From Octopus sinensis (lineage: Eukaryota): a stretch of 64,000 bases of DNA. Under the pieces are notes generated by a model. That model worked only from the letters and a program-made list of their open reading frames with translations. It did not search any database and was not told the DNA's origin. Positions 36,876 to 48,938 of this stretch are shown here, piece after piece. The DNA lies in contig NC_043019.1 in assembly GCF_006345805.1 (NCBI RefSeq), positions 4,091,360-4,155,359 of the forward strand, written 5' to 3'. The stretch's first letter is position 1. Every line of letters starts with the position of its first letter. The position numbers and the translations under genes were made by a program.

Positions 36876-37212
36876 CTATGTATTTAAAAAAATTATAACA
36901 AAATACATACATGTATAACAAATTATTCTGTATATATATAAAAATACCAGTAATTATTAAAATATATAACATAGAACATAATAAGTAGAATAGTTTCTTA
37001 CAGCTGTTTCAGTCATGAGGTCACAGTACCCCGCTTTCCTTCCATCCCTCTAGTGAATTGAAGTATTTGGTAGATAAAATTAAGGTACTTCGTCAGAGAA
37101 TTTAGAAAGTTCATAAGGTTAAGTCTAAATATAAATACATTCATATATACAAACTTTTACATGTACATATATATACATATACATATGGTGTGTTGTATAT
37201 ATAAATATATAT

Positions 37213-37245
<33 letters not shown>

Positions 37246-37334
37246 TGTGTGTGTGTGTATGTATACGTATATGTATATTTATGTCTATGTATACGTATAT
37301 GTATATATGTATATGTAAAAGTGTGTATAAGGTA

Positions 37335-38900
37335 CACCCAAGTACCTTAATTTTATCTACCAAATACTTAAAAGAAGAAATAATTGTACCAACATTATTA
37401 GTAGAAGAATAACCAAATCCAAAATTATCACTAGAAAAAAATGTTATTATATTTTTTATTATCTCTAACGAATACTTCAATTATAATAAAATCTCTTTAA
37501 TAATGTTTGTTTTAACTTGAGCTCCATAGGGAATAATTAACCAAAATTTGGTTTATTAAATATTATTATATTTTTTTTTATATTATTAAATTATTATTAT
37601 CATTAAATGATTTAAATTTTATTTTATTTTTTAGTCTATTATTATATTATTTTTTATATTATTAAATTTATTATTATCATTAAATGATTTAAATTTTATT
37701 TTATTTTTTAGTCTATTATTATATTTATTTTTTATCTTATTAAATTTATTATTATCATTAAATGATTTAAATTTTATTTTATTTTTTAGTCTATTATTAT
37801 ATTTATTTTTTATATTATTAAATTTATATTTATCATTAAATGATTTAAATTTTATTTTATTTTTTAGTCTATTATTATTTATTTTTGATTTATTAAATTT
37901 ATTATTATCATTAAATGATTAAATTTTATTTTATTTTTTAGTCTATTATTATATTTATTGTTTATTATTAAATTTATTATTATCATTAAATGATTAAATT
38001 TTATTTTTTTTTAGTCTATTATTATTTATTTTTTATATTATTAAATTTATTATTATCATTAAATGATTTAAATTTTATTTTATTTTTTAGTCTATTATTA
38101 TATTTATTTTTTATATAACAAATTTATTATTATCATTAAATGATTAAATTTTATTTTATTTTTTAGTCTTCTATTATTATATTTATTTTTTATATTATTA
38201 AATTTATTATTATCATTAAATGATTTAAATTTTATTTTATTTTTTAGTCTATTATTATATTATGTTTTGTATTATCAATACATATTATTAATACCATAAT
38301 TACCTAAATAAAACGTATCGTAATTCCTAATGTTAGGCTTATTATAAAAAATTAGAATCATTTATATTATAATCATATTTAGAATTATTAAAGAATTTAA
38401 TATTATTATTTATCCCGCCTCTGGCAGGGCTTCATTATAATAAGTGCGTGTTTTTGGAAAATCTCAAAATTAGAAGAAAGCAACGATATTCTTTTACCTA
38501 TATCAGCTGTCAATGATTTCTTAATAGAGGGTGGATGATTAATTAGCATTAATATATCTAAGGTTTTCCTTAATTTTATGGAATGGTTGGTTTTTACCTG
38601 TTATTAAATTAAAATTAGCATCTAAATAATTAACATTATAGTTCTCATTATATATAGTAATACTCAATCTATGTCTTTTAAAAAAAACTATATAGTTTCT
38701 TCTTATATAATTCTAGTGTTGTATTGGTGCAATTCTTAGTTATTAATAAAATGTCATCCCTATATAGACTACCCTCCAACTTTAATTTTTCTAATTGAAA
38801 TTCCGATAATAAATAAATACCTACTAAATCAGTTGGCTGTGCAGAATCGGGTGCGCCCATAGCTATATCAAAAAAGTCTCTAGTATCCTTCGTAGCCCAG
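37335..38900 (-). mobile_element. Decayed AT-rich Penelope-like element (RT, thumb, linker)
   Basis: MGAPDSAQ...LYRDDILL; VNYLDANFNLITG; NHPPSI; PYGAQVKTNI; GYSSTNNVGTIISS match PLE RT/thumb motifs. Confidence 0.82.
37555..38265. repeat. ~78-bp AT-rich tandem repeat, about 9 copies, inside the Penelope ORF
   Basis: AGTCT landmarks spaced 73-81 bp; the 78-bp unit reads RLKNKIKFKSFNDNNKFNKIKNKYNN on the minus strand. Confidence 0.9.
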
Positions 38901-40072
38901 TTTATTATTGTATCTAATCAACATAGCCGTTATAACAACATTAACTTCATCATAAGTCATTTCTACCTTATTCATTACATAATTTAAACGTAAAACCTCG
39001 AACTTAGCGTTTATATAAAATGTAGCGTGAAAATATGGTGTAAATAGAATTTATAGTCATAATTAAATTACTTACATAATAAGTTTAGCTAATTTTGTAT
39101 ATATATATAAACCCTATTTTATGTTACTAATTGCTGTAGTTATAATTTGTAGTAGTAAAATGTGTATAAATTAGCACGAGATTATATTGTCTATATTACA
39201 TAATTAGAATAAATTGAAAATTAGATGTTTATAAAATAAATTGATTAATGAAAATAGATTAAATTATAGAATTTTAGCTTAATTTACGTTTATTATATTA
39301 TGTATTTTACGTATTTAGTTTTTAAAATATTTAGACTTTACAAATTTTCCAGTTAATGATATATTAAAATTAATTTTTTTCCTTGTTCTTACAGCTAAAA
39401 TACATTTGTAATTTTAATAGCTTAAATACATATTTCTATCTATTTCTTCTATAAATTCTATTACGCCATATTTTCACGCGATATATTTTATATCGACGCT
39501 AAGTTCGACGGTTTACGTTTAAATTTTTAGTTCACGAAAATCCTTCGACAAGATAAGTTACATTTTTATTTTAAGAAATATTATTACATGCTTTTCGATT
39601 ATTTATAGTTAATACACGTATTATTTTATATATTTATTTGATAATTAATATAAGTTAAGATAAGTACATTTATTCTATTATTATTTTTTATTATTTATTA
39701 TCTTAGACCTGATGAGTGATTATATTTTTAAATAGAATTAATTTTAGTTCCATTTAATTTTAAATCGAATTGATTTTATTATTATTATTATCAATTTGTA
39801 AATATAGCTATGATGGATTCTCTCATCGTGAATGACAACTGAGGGTGCAGTGAACTAAAGCAGTAATCATGTTCTATGGACGGGAATGCGTCTCTTGAGG
39901 CCTGCTGGTGCCTTGCAAACCTTTCAGCAAAAGGAACAAAAACCACTGCAGAAATCTCTCCCTCCATCTTTCACTCAACCCATATATCCATTAATCAATC
40001 CATCAATCTATCAATCATCAATGAATCCCGCAATTAATCAACAATTACAACATATGTGATAATTAACCATAC

Positions 40073-40337
40073 CTGAGGATTTTCCAAATTGAGGTAAACC
40101 AGGTGTTCTAAAGCCATTGAGAAACCTTCAACCGCTGATACGCTGCTCAACAAATGGTCGGTGTTACCATTCAATATGTCCTGGAAACAACTCGTGGCAT
40201 TATCGAATTCCTCTTTCAGCAGATAGCAGTGCGCAATTGCGTGAATGACATCCATCTTTCCGGTGTAGTTTGGGTTTATCTGGTTGTAGATCTCCAAAGC
40301 CTCATGAAAAAATGTCAGGCTGTAGGAGATTTCATGC
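40073..40337 (-). CDS. STAND-TPR gene A, exon 9 (TPR)
   Basis: CAG|G acceptor, CAG|GTATGG donor, phases 2-0; HEISYSLTFFHEALEIY...IHAIAHCYLLKEEFDNATSCFQDIL. Confidence 0.88.
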
Positions 40338-41461
40338 CTGGAATATGATGGCCATAGTGGTTTAATGGTAATATCAAGTCAAAAGTAGTAGTGGTGATGA
40401 TGATGGTGGTTGTTGTAATAGTAATGGTAGCAGTGGTAGTAGTGTTAGTGGCAGAGGTGGTGGTGGTGGTAGTGATTGGTAGATACACACACTATCAGAG
40501 GGAAAATGAAATAAAAATTTTAAAAAATATATTTATTTTGAAACTTTTATTTGCTTCATTCATTAGATTGAATGCTGGGGCATTGCCAGGAAGAATTTTT
40601 TACTCAAATGAATCGACCCCCACTACTTATTCTATCAGTCTCTTTTGCTGAACAGCTAAGTTATAGGGACGTAAGCACACTAACACCAGTCGTCAAGCGG
40701 TGAAGTGGGGGACAAACACAGACACAAAGACACACACACGTAGATACATATCTTGAAGACATGGGAAGAAGTACTGAGGAATGAACTCAGGATTCTAAAA
40801 CTTTCAGTTGAGATGACATAGGACCAACATGCTGGGAACCTTGTTGTTCTCAAGGAGACCCACACATACATACACACACACAGATATGCTTTTGCGCATG
40901 TGTTAATAGTAAGAAACTCTCTCTTCAGTGTGTGCAGAGAAGAGTTCCAATACACAAACTCCTTACATGGTCATACTAATGGCTGCATGCTCCAGACATG
41001 TGTTATATGACAGCAAACATGGAGCAATGTATGTATATGTTCATCATCATCATGTAATGTCCATTGTCCAGTGTTTGACTGGTACCTGGATGGTTTGACC
41101 AGAACTGGCAAGGTGGCGAGCTGCACCAGACCCCAGTCTGATTTGGCAAGGTTTCTATAGCTGGATGCCCTTCTTAACACCAACCCCTTCACAGATGTGC
41201 TGGTTGCTTTTACATTGCACCACATGGGCGCCTTTCCATGGAACCATGTGGGTGCTATTACATGACACTGCACAGGCGCATTTATATGGTACCACCCCAT
41301 GTGCTTTGCACCACCAGAAGGATCAATCTTAACACTCCTGCAACAGAGTATAGGTCTTCTTCAGTACGGCAAGGTGCTGGGCATCTTCTTGTTCAATCCA
41401 ACCCTTGTTTTAAGCCTTTGTATCAAGCTACCATGCATTTTGTTGACTCGATGTGGAGAAT

Positions 41462-42033
41462 TATTGGGTTGTCTAGAAAGTTCTTGCCGATTTTTAAAGG
41501 AAAGAAAAAGGTCAATAAATACTTGCCATTACATTTTTAATCAACCAAATATGAACCATTTTGTTGCACAATGCATCTCCATCTTTCCTTTAACTTGAAA
41601 ATACCTTCTTCCCAGAATTGAGGTGGTTTCATGGTATCTTCCCAGAATTGAGGTGGTTTCAAGGTATCTTTTTACGTCATCCAAGAAATTGAAATTTTTA
41701 CTATTCGGCAGAGACCTGAATAACTGGAAATCCGAAGGAGCAATATCCGGTGAATATGGAGGGTGGAGTAACACATCCCAGCCAAACTGCAGCAATTTTT
41801 GTCTGGTTCCCAAAGCATCAAGTGCCGAAAATGAACTTTCTTATCTTCCATTTTAAAGAGTTACAGAATTAACACAGTTATAGGAACATAACCTTCTTCC
41901 AGGAAAAGATAGCTTAAACTGTGCTCTAAATGGCGGTGTAGTAAAATCCTGTTTTATGGAATCAACCATGTTCTAAAATAAGTCGAAATGTAAGCTACTA
42001 TAAATCGGCACGAACTTTCCAGACAACCCAATA
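41462..42033 (-). mobile_element. Internally deleted mariner element
   Basis: ~32-bp TIRs TATTGGGTTGTCT(A/G)GAAAGTTC(T/G)TGCCGATTT; GWDVLLHPPYSPDIAPSDF transposase motif. Confidence 0.9.
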
Positions 42034-42087
42034 CTTCCAATCTCAAATGCACTTGACCAATGAGGCTGATCAAACCAAAGTACTTAC

Positions 42088-42199
42088 ATTCTCAGATACA
42101 CAAGACCAATGTAATGCAATACCAAGGAGGTGTTTATGTGTAGCCAGCTATGCTTCTTTTGGATATTCTTGGCACTGAACAGGAGTTGAAGTGCTTTAT
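42088..42199 (-). CDS. STAND-TPR gene A, exon 8 (TPR)
   Basis: TTCTTCTTCCAG acceptor, AT|GTAAGT donor, phases 1-2; NKALQLLFSAKNIQKKHSWLHINTSLVLHYIGLVYLRM. Confidence 0.88.
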
Positions 42200-42663
42200 C
42201 TGGAAGAAGAAAGAGAAATATTAACTTCAAATTTTGGCACAAAGCCAGCAATTTTGGGGAGGGGGTAAGTTGATTACATCAACCCCAGTGTTTGACTGGT
42301 ACCTGCTTTATTGACCCCGAAAGGATGAAAGGTAAAGTCATGTTGATTGTATGAAATATTGGTTTCAAATTATGGCACAGAGTTAGCAAGTTCAGGGGAG
42401 GCGGGTAAATCAGTTACATTGATCCCAGTATACAACTGGTACTTATTTTATTGACCTCAAAAGGATGAAAAGCAAAGTCAACCTTGACAGAATTTGAACT
42501 CAGAACATATAAACGGACAAAATACCACTAAGAACTTTGCTCAACATGTTGGTAATTTTGATAGTTCACCATCTTAAGAAGGAGAAATAGTAATAAAGAA
42601 AACAACCAAATATTTATATTTGTAGTTTTAGATTTTACTTACAACTTAAGACTATTTACTTAC

Positions 42664-42807
42664 TGTGTTTGCCAAAGTTTCGGGATAATAACTTTGCTAC
42701 ATTACAGTATGCTATCACAGATATCTTGGGATTTACAGTAACAATTTTCAATCTTTCACTAAGTGCAGCATTATAAAATTCAAAAGCTTTCTCATATTGA
42801 AAACCAT
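42664..42807 (-). CDS. STAND-TPR gene A, exon 7 (TPR)
   Basis: TTTCAACAG acceptor, A|GTAAGT donor, phases 1-1; GFQYEKAFEFYNAALSERLK...IAYCNVAKLLSRNFGKH. Confidence 0.88.
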
Positions 42808-43889
42808 CTGTTGAAAGAGAAAATGAAATAATATAATAATGTATAGACAAAGCCTTGAATATAGTTGTGAGATTTTTAGTTAAATTAGTTTAGGATAAGC
42901 TAAACTTGAATATGATGCAGTCAGGATTTGAAAATGGATGTAAAATCGTGTCATATTTTAGGGAAACAACTGGTTGGTAAGTTCTAAGAACAAACAATTC
43001 TACGTAGAACTAGAGAAAAAAATATTGATAAGATTCTTCATTTTGTAATCCAGAGGATGTTAAGAAAAGTTTACATGAATCGACAACAAATTCAGTGGAA
43101 AATTTCATCAACAGTTAGGTGTTCTCTATCTCCCTGACATCATCCCTTTCAACCCTTTCATACTGACCTACCCAAAAGCACCCCTAGTTCTATGACGCAA
43201 ACTTCCTGTTTTAAAGTGATCAGAATTAAAACATTTCATCAAGATTTCCAGACAGTTCATGGTTCAAACACCAGCTTAGGAATGACAAAGTTATCTTACT
43301 AAATTCTTCATTATTCTCAAAATTAATTTAAAAGAATTCACTAAATAAACTTTCTGAATTAGTGGAAATGTATTTCATTAGAAATATGATAATGAAATGG
43401 TTAATTGTTATTTATAATTCTTGAACTTCATCATCATCAACAATCTAACATCCGCTTTCCATGCTGGCATGCGTTGGATAGCTTGACAGGAACTGATAAG
43501 GCCAAGGCCACTTGGTTTGGTTTCTACAGCTGGATGCCCTTCCTAACACCAACTACTGTATAGAGTGTACTGAGTACTTTTTACATGGCACCAGCATGGG
43601 CAGGGTCAGTTTTGGCATGGTTTTCAAAGCTGTTTTTCAATCAGAAACAGACACGCACCAGCCCCTGGCCCACAAGTCTGCTGTCACTTCTTTCTATTGT
43701 CTCTATTGCCACTACAACAGCTTCTGATCCTCTGAGCTCACACAACAACAGCATTTGGGATTTGTCTGTTTGAAAGATTAGGTCACAACATATTTTCTAG
43801 CAAGCAAACCAATTTAATATAATATGTAAACATGTAAACATGTAGTATAAACATTCAAACATTGTCACTGTCTTTCTAAATTCTGCTGC

Positions 43890-44540
43890 ATTTCACATGA
43901 AAATTTTGGTCCTTCTAACCTAAAGAAAATTGTTTCGGTGTCATTTCTTCGGTTAGTTTTCTGGTCCTGGTCAAAGATTTTCTCATCTGGGAAAAACCAA
44001 ATCACATCATCATCTGATGAATTTTTAAATTTGTTCAAAAGTGCTTCGGATCTTGTTAAACGGTTTCCTTCTTTTTTTTTTTCCTGACATGAATTGACCT
44101 TTCCTCATCACATAAGATTTGTATCTGATGTCTTCATGCACAACATTTCTGATTGCTTTTTCTCTGACACTCGAAATTAATTGCAATTAACCTCATTGAT
44201 TTTCCTGGATTGTCTTCAATGTTTTGCTTAACATCCTGAATAAATTCAGAAATTCCGATAGAATCACAGAATTTCGAATGTTTTGTACATTTTGATACAT
44301 CTTCTTTCTCTAACTCACACCGAATAATGTGGACAGAAGATCTTGCAACTTTCAGAAAATGAGAAATTTCTAAATCCCCATACTTGGCCTTCAAAGCCCC
44401 AATCACTGCATACCTTTTCATTTCATTAGTAAGCATAGGACTTGTCGTTTGTTATTTTCTGAAACAGAAATTTTATAAAAGTTAGTCGAATAAAATAATG
44501 ACTAAAAATGCACGTGTCTTCAATTACCATCAACCCCCTG
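43890..44540 (-). mobile_element. Degenerate Tc1/mariner-superfamily (DD37D/maT-like) transposase remnant
   Basis: MKRYAVIGAL...LEISHFLKVARS...NPGKSMRLIA and WFFPDEKN; CAGGGGG-type end next to TA at 44541. Confidence 0.65.
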
Positions 44541-44564
44541 TATGGGGCTTCTTTCAGTTTCTTA

Positions 44565-44972
44565 TTTCTTTATTGCCCACAAGGGGCTAAACATAGAGGG
44601 GACAAACAAGGACAGACAAAGGGATTAAGTCGATTACAACGACACCAGTGCATAACTAGTACTTAATTTATCGACCCCGAAAGGATGAAAGGCAAAGTCG
44701 ACCTTGGGGCAATTTGAACTCAGAACGTAACGGCAGACGAAATACCTATTTCTTTATTACCCACAACGGGCTAAACACAGAGGGGACAAACAAGGACAGA
44801 CATAGGTATTAAGTCGATTACATCGACCCCAGTGCGTAACTGGTACTTAATTTATCGACCCCGAAAGGATGAAAGGCAAAGTCGACCTCGGCGGAATTTG
44901 AACTCACAACGTAACGCAGATGAAATACCGCTAAGCATTTCGCCCGGCGTGCTAACGTTTCTGCCAGCTCCC
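44565..44972 (-). mobile_element. Dimer of SINE family A
   Basis: Same GACGAAATAC|CTATTTC junction (~44745) as in the trimer at 10680. Confidence 0.9.
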
Positions 44973-45194
44973 CACCTTCTTTCAGTTTCTGTCAACCACA
45001 TCCACTCACAAATTGACTTTGGTTGGCTCAGGGCCATAGTGGAAACCATCTACCCAAGGTGCCATGCAGTGGGACTGAACTCAAAACCATGTTATTAGGA
45101 AACAAAACTCTTCACCATACAGCCACACCTGTGCTTAAACAGAAAGTAACAAAATATTTAGGGGAAAAAAGGGGGCTGGTGGTACCATACTTAC

Positions 45195-45308
45195 TCCTTT
45201 CGTAATTAACACCCATTGTATTCAGCATTGTAGATAAAAGAGGAATAGTCATGTCTGACATTTTCTCTAGGTTTTCTGTCAATAATTTCTCACATTTATC
45301 ATAATAAC
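45195..45308 (-). CDS. STAND-TPR gene A, exon 6 (TPR)
   Basis: (CTT)n TTTTTTACAG acceptor, A|GTAAGT donor, phases 1-1; GYYDKCEKLLTENLEK...LSTMLNTMGVNYER. Confidence 0.88.
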
Positions 45309-45462
45309 CTGTAAAAAAGAAGAAGAAGAAGAAGAAGAAGAACAAGAACAAGAAGAAGAACAAGAAGAAGAAGAATCATTGTATGAATATATAAACACAT
45401 TTATCATTGGTTCACCTGGACAGGTAAAAGTTAAACATGTTCACACATCTGCATAATACAAT

Positions 45463-45900
45463 GGAGTGCTGAAAAGTTCCTGACTGTAAGGATATCACAA
45501 AAGGCCTGTTTGAAGGTCCAATCTTCCAAGTTCTCTTACAGGATTTAGAAAAACTGAAGGACCACTGCGGTAAGTGTGTGAATCTGAGATGGGGAAAAGT
45601 TGAGTAAAATCATAATTAGCTGATACTCCTGCACTTCCCTTGACTCAAAGCCAGGAACTTTTCAGCGTCCTCTTGTATGTATATAATCACATGTTTTATG
45701 AGGAGGTGCTGAAAAGTTCCTGGTTTTAAGGATATCGTGGGGCCCAACATTTTGAGTTCTTTTACAGGACTTAAAAAAACTGAAGGACCAATACAGCAAA
45801 TGTGAGAATCTGCAAGGGGAATATGTTGAATAAAATCATAATTAACTGATCCTCCTGCACTTTCCTTAACTCAAAACCAGGAACTTTCCCAGCATCCCCT
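45463..45900. mobile_element. Two adjacent ~210-bp MITEs
   Basis: Each bounded by GTGCTGAAAAGTTCCTG...CAGGAACTTT(T/C)CAGC inverted repeats. Confidence 0.7.
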
Positions 45901-46831
45901 CATGTCCACATACACTTAACAACCACATGACAGAATCTATAATGTAGTCTTCAGCCTTGCATACATGGTACATGTGGGGCTATGGGTCAGAGTATTGTAA
46001 CTAGTCTTGCAGTCGGTTTACCTACATGTCAGAGATGCACATAGTCAGGAGACAGGCCCCTGGCTAAACAACAACAACAACAACAACACACCATCAGCAT
46101 GTAGCCGGATGATGTCAGAATAAAAGACGAGATATGATTCACATTTGGTCATAGGTCTACTGGATAAGGGCCTAACCTGGGGTTAAATAACAAACATCTA
46201 CCATGTGTAACAACAACCACAACCACAATGATGACCACCACCACCACCACTACTACCACTCTAACATATCTTCTCATGCATGGCAATTACTTTTATTTTC
46301 CCCCTCTTTTTGAGCCATGCCAACTCTTAAGGGCGTTTCCCAGTTTTCATGGCGTAAATATTTCCCACCTGGATAGGACACCAGTCCATCACAGGATTAC
46401 TCACTTTTTGCCTGCTGACTCGACTGGAGCAATGAGAAAATGAAGTATTTTATTCAAGAACACAACACATCGCCCACTCCAGGAATTGAAACCACAATCT
46501 TATGATCACGAGTCTAACAACCTAATCACTAAGACCCGTGCCTCCACTCATCACAACTATTACCAGACTCAAACCACAATCTTTCAAATATTACATATGA
46601 CCACAAATCAATAAAGAAGCCTTTATGTGGTTATTTAACTTGCTAGAAATAAATAACAATCAAAATTCCCCTGCAAATCACTGCCTTATTAATAAAAGGG
46701 CACATTAGACAATGTATCCCTTGTAAATTATTCAAAGCTGGTAGACGTTTGATCATAGATCTGCTCAACAAGTGCTGACCTGGGGCCAAATAAAACCACC
46801 ACCACCATGAGAGACATAATACAGTTATTAC

Positions 46832-46941
46832 CAACAAATGAGAGGTTGTAGGCCAGGGTAGAGGCACATCTGATCTTCGCATCCTGCACCATCTGTGGGC
46901 TCGCATCATTAACGGTCATGTTGTAACCTGTTTCTGCAAAA
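46832..46941 (-). CDS. STAND-TPR gene A, exon 5 (TPR)
   Basis: TTCCTCAG|T acceptor, G|GTAATA donor, phases 2-1; NFAETGYNM...DAKIRCASTLAYNLSFVG. Confidence 0.8.
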
Positions 46942-46963
46942 CTGAGGAACAAATCAAGCAGTT

Positions 46964-47019
<56 letters not shown>

Positions 47020-47036
47020 TATCAGCATTGATACCG

Positions 47037-47072
<36 letters not shown>

Positions 47073-47387
47073 TCAGTAGAAAACTCAAACCACTAATTAG
47101 GGATAAATTCTCGAAAGGAATGAAAATTAAAAACGTTTATCATCTCATTTAGTTCCTAGATCATGGTTTCTAACTAATTCCAGTAAAAAAATATTTACTG
47201 AGGCTAGTTTTCGTCAGTAGGAAGCCTTTAGATTTCAAATATACACACGACTAGATCCACATGTAAATTAGCTGTATGTATATCCTAACTTTTCAAACCA
47301 CTGCGCAGATGCAGATTATTTCCGGCGACAGAGGGAAAGTCGGTAAAATTTCGAACAATTTATCAAAAAATATTTAAACATAATCAA

Positions 47388-47974
47388 TAACATTAGGGTA
47401 ATAAGAATTATATAAAAGATTATTACCAGTGGCCTAGCACAAAAAAAAAAAAAAGAATTAGTCAATAGCACAAGAATTAGTCAATAGCACAAGGCTTTTC
47501 TATTTGGAAGCCTCTTGATGTGTTCTAATGTACACGATATTTTTATGTGAATAATATATACCGTATTTGACGGCATATTAGACGCACTGGCATATTAGAC
47601 GCACCCTCATTTCAGCAGGTCAAATTCAGGAAAAAAAGTTTTAAGTGTATTTAAGCATATATTGTTGAAAGCAGTCTAGCAGCACATTACAAAAGCAGAA
47701 AACATTGCTGTGAGGGTGCTTGTACTGTTGTAGTGTGTTTTGTTATGATCATAACTTTGTTGTACCAAGATATCCAACCTACCTCCCTATATACACGAAC
47801 TCGCAACGATCATGTGCATTCCGTAGTTTTACTCCTCACCGTCAGATGGCATCGAGTTAGGGTTCCGATCAGCTGATATTAGTAAACGTGTCATGGATCG
47901 CAGCCTAACAATTTACGGTAGATTGCTTTGATTTTTACGATAATTCGTATTTTAAAGTAATAATACTGGTAATA

Positions 47975-48012
<38 letters not shown>

Positions 48013-48314
48013 TAATAATAATAATAATAATAATAGCAATAAAATAACGATGCATGAGTACGAAAAATATCATTAAGGCGTTAACGTAGGTAGAAATACT
48101 TATCGTAAGCTAGGTTAGTGAGCGTCTGGGAGAAGATTAGCCTACGGGAGCGTCTTGACTTCGCATATTAGACGCAGGGCGATTTTTTGAGCCAAATTTT
48201 TTGGAAAAAAGTGCGTCCTATATGCCGTCAAATACGGTAGTCTATTGACTAATTCTTTTCTGTGCTAGGCCCCTGGTAATAATAATTTATATAATTCTTA
48301 TCACCCTAGTGTTA
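47388..48314. mobile_element. Element with ~75-bp TIRs containing a nested TA-flanked MITE (47561-48237)
   Basis: Outer arms TAACATTAGGGT...GAATTAGTCAATAG / CTATTGACTAATTC...CCCTAGTGTTA; inner TA|CCGTATTTGACGGCATAT...ATATGCCGTCAAATACGG|TA. Confidence 0.8.
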
Positions 48315-48339
48315 TTTATATATATATATATGTTATATA

Positions 48340-48502
48340 CGACGGGCTTCTTCAGTTTCTGTCTACCAAATCCAATCACAAGGCTTTGGTCGGCCTGAGG
48401 CTATAGAAAAGACACTTGCCCAAGGTGCCACACAGTGGGACTGAACCCGGAACAATGTGGTTGGTAAGCAAGCTACTTACCACACAGCCACTCCTGCGCC
48501 TA
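48340..48502 (-). mobile_element. SINE family C, head half
   Basis: GACACTTGCCCAAGGTGCCAC...CACACAGCCACTCCTGCGCC. Confidence 0.85.
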
Positions 48503-48790
48503 AATATATAAGTATAATATGATGATGATGATGATGATAATAATAAGCTGAGTATTACATGTTAATTAGTGCACACGATACTAAAGGACAAAAGTGGGAG
48601 TGAGGAAAAGTTAGAGATGAACGAGGAAGAAAGGAAAATAGAGAATAAGAGAAAAGAAGGTTGGGAGATAGTATAATAGATATAAGAGATAGATAGATAG
48701 ATAGATAGATAGAGAGGGAGAGGGAGAGAGACAGAGACAGACAGAGAGCGGCAAGGAGGGAGAGATTTTCATCTGACTTGTACAACATAC

Positions 48791-48938
48791 TTCAAGGCTT
48801 CCACATAATTGCCCCGCATATAGGCATTGTAAGCCATGCTATTGTACAGCAGCATCTGTCGGTACTGGATGTTTCTCGATTTCATTACATCCAAAGCCTT
48901 CTTGTAGTGCTCCATGGCTTCTTTGTATCCTCCATAAC
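48791..48938 (-). CDS. STAND-TPR gene A, exon 4 (TPR)
   Basis: TTTTCCACAG acceptor, AA|GTATGT donor, phases 1-2; GYGGYKEAMEHYKKALDV...LLYNSMAYNAYMRGNYVEAL. Confidence 0.88.

Noticed and set aside
39705-39775. Second hammerhead motif (CTGATGAG)
   Set aside because: No convincing stem II or correctly spaced GAAA; the same applies to CTGATGAAGGGAA at ~58449
37335-39800. Mitochondrial insertion or endosymbiont DNA (extreme AT content)
   Set aside because: Translated motifs match a Penelope-type RT, and no mitochondrial or bacterial gene is recognisable
48778-48790. Exon 4 donor at CAA|GTCAGA
   Set aside because: Phase 0 has no matching acceptor at exon 5; AA|GTATGT (phase 2) joins in frame and gives a better TPR
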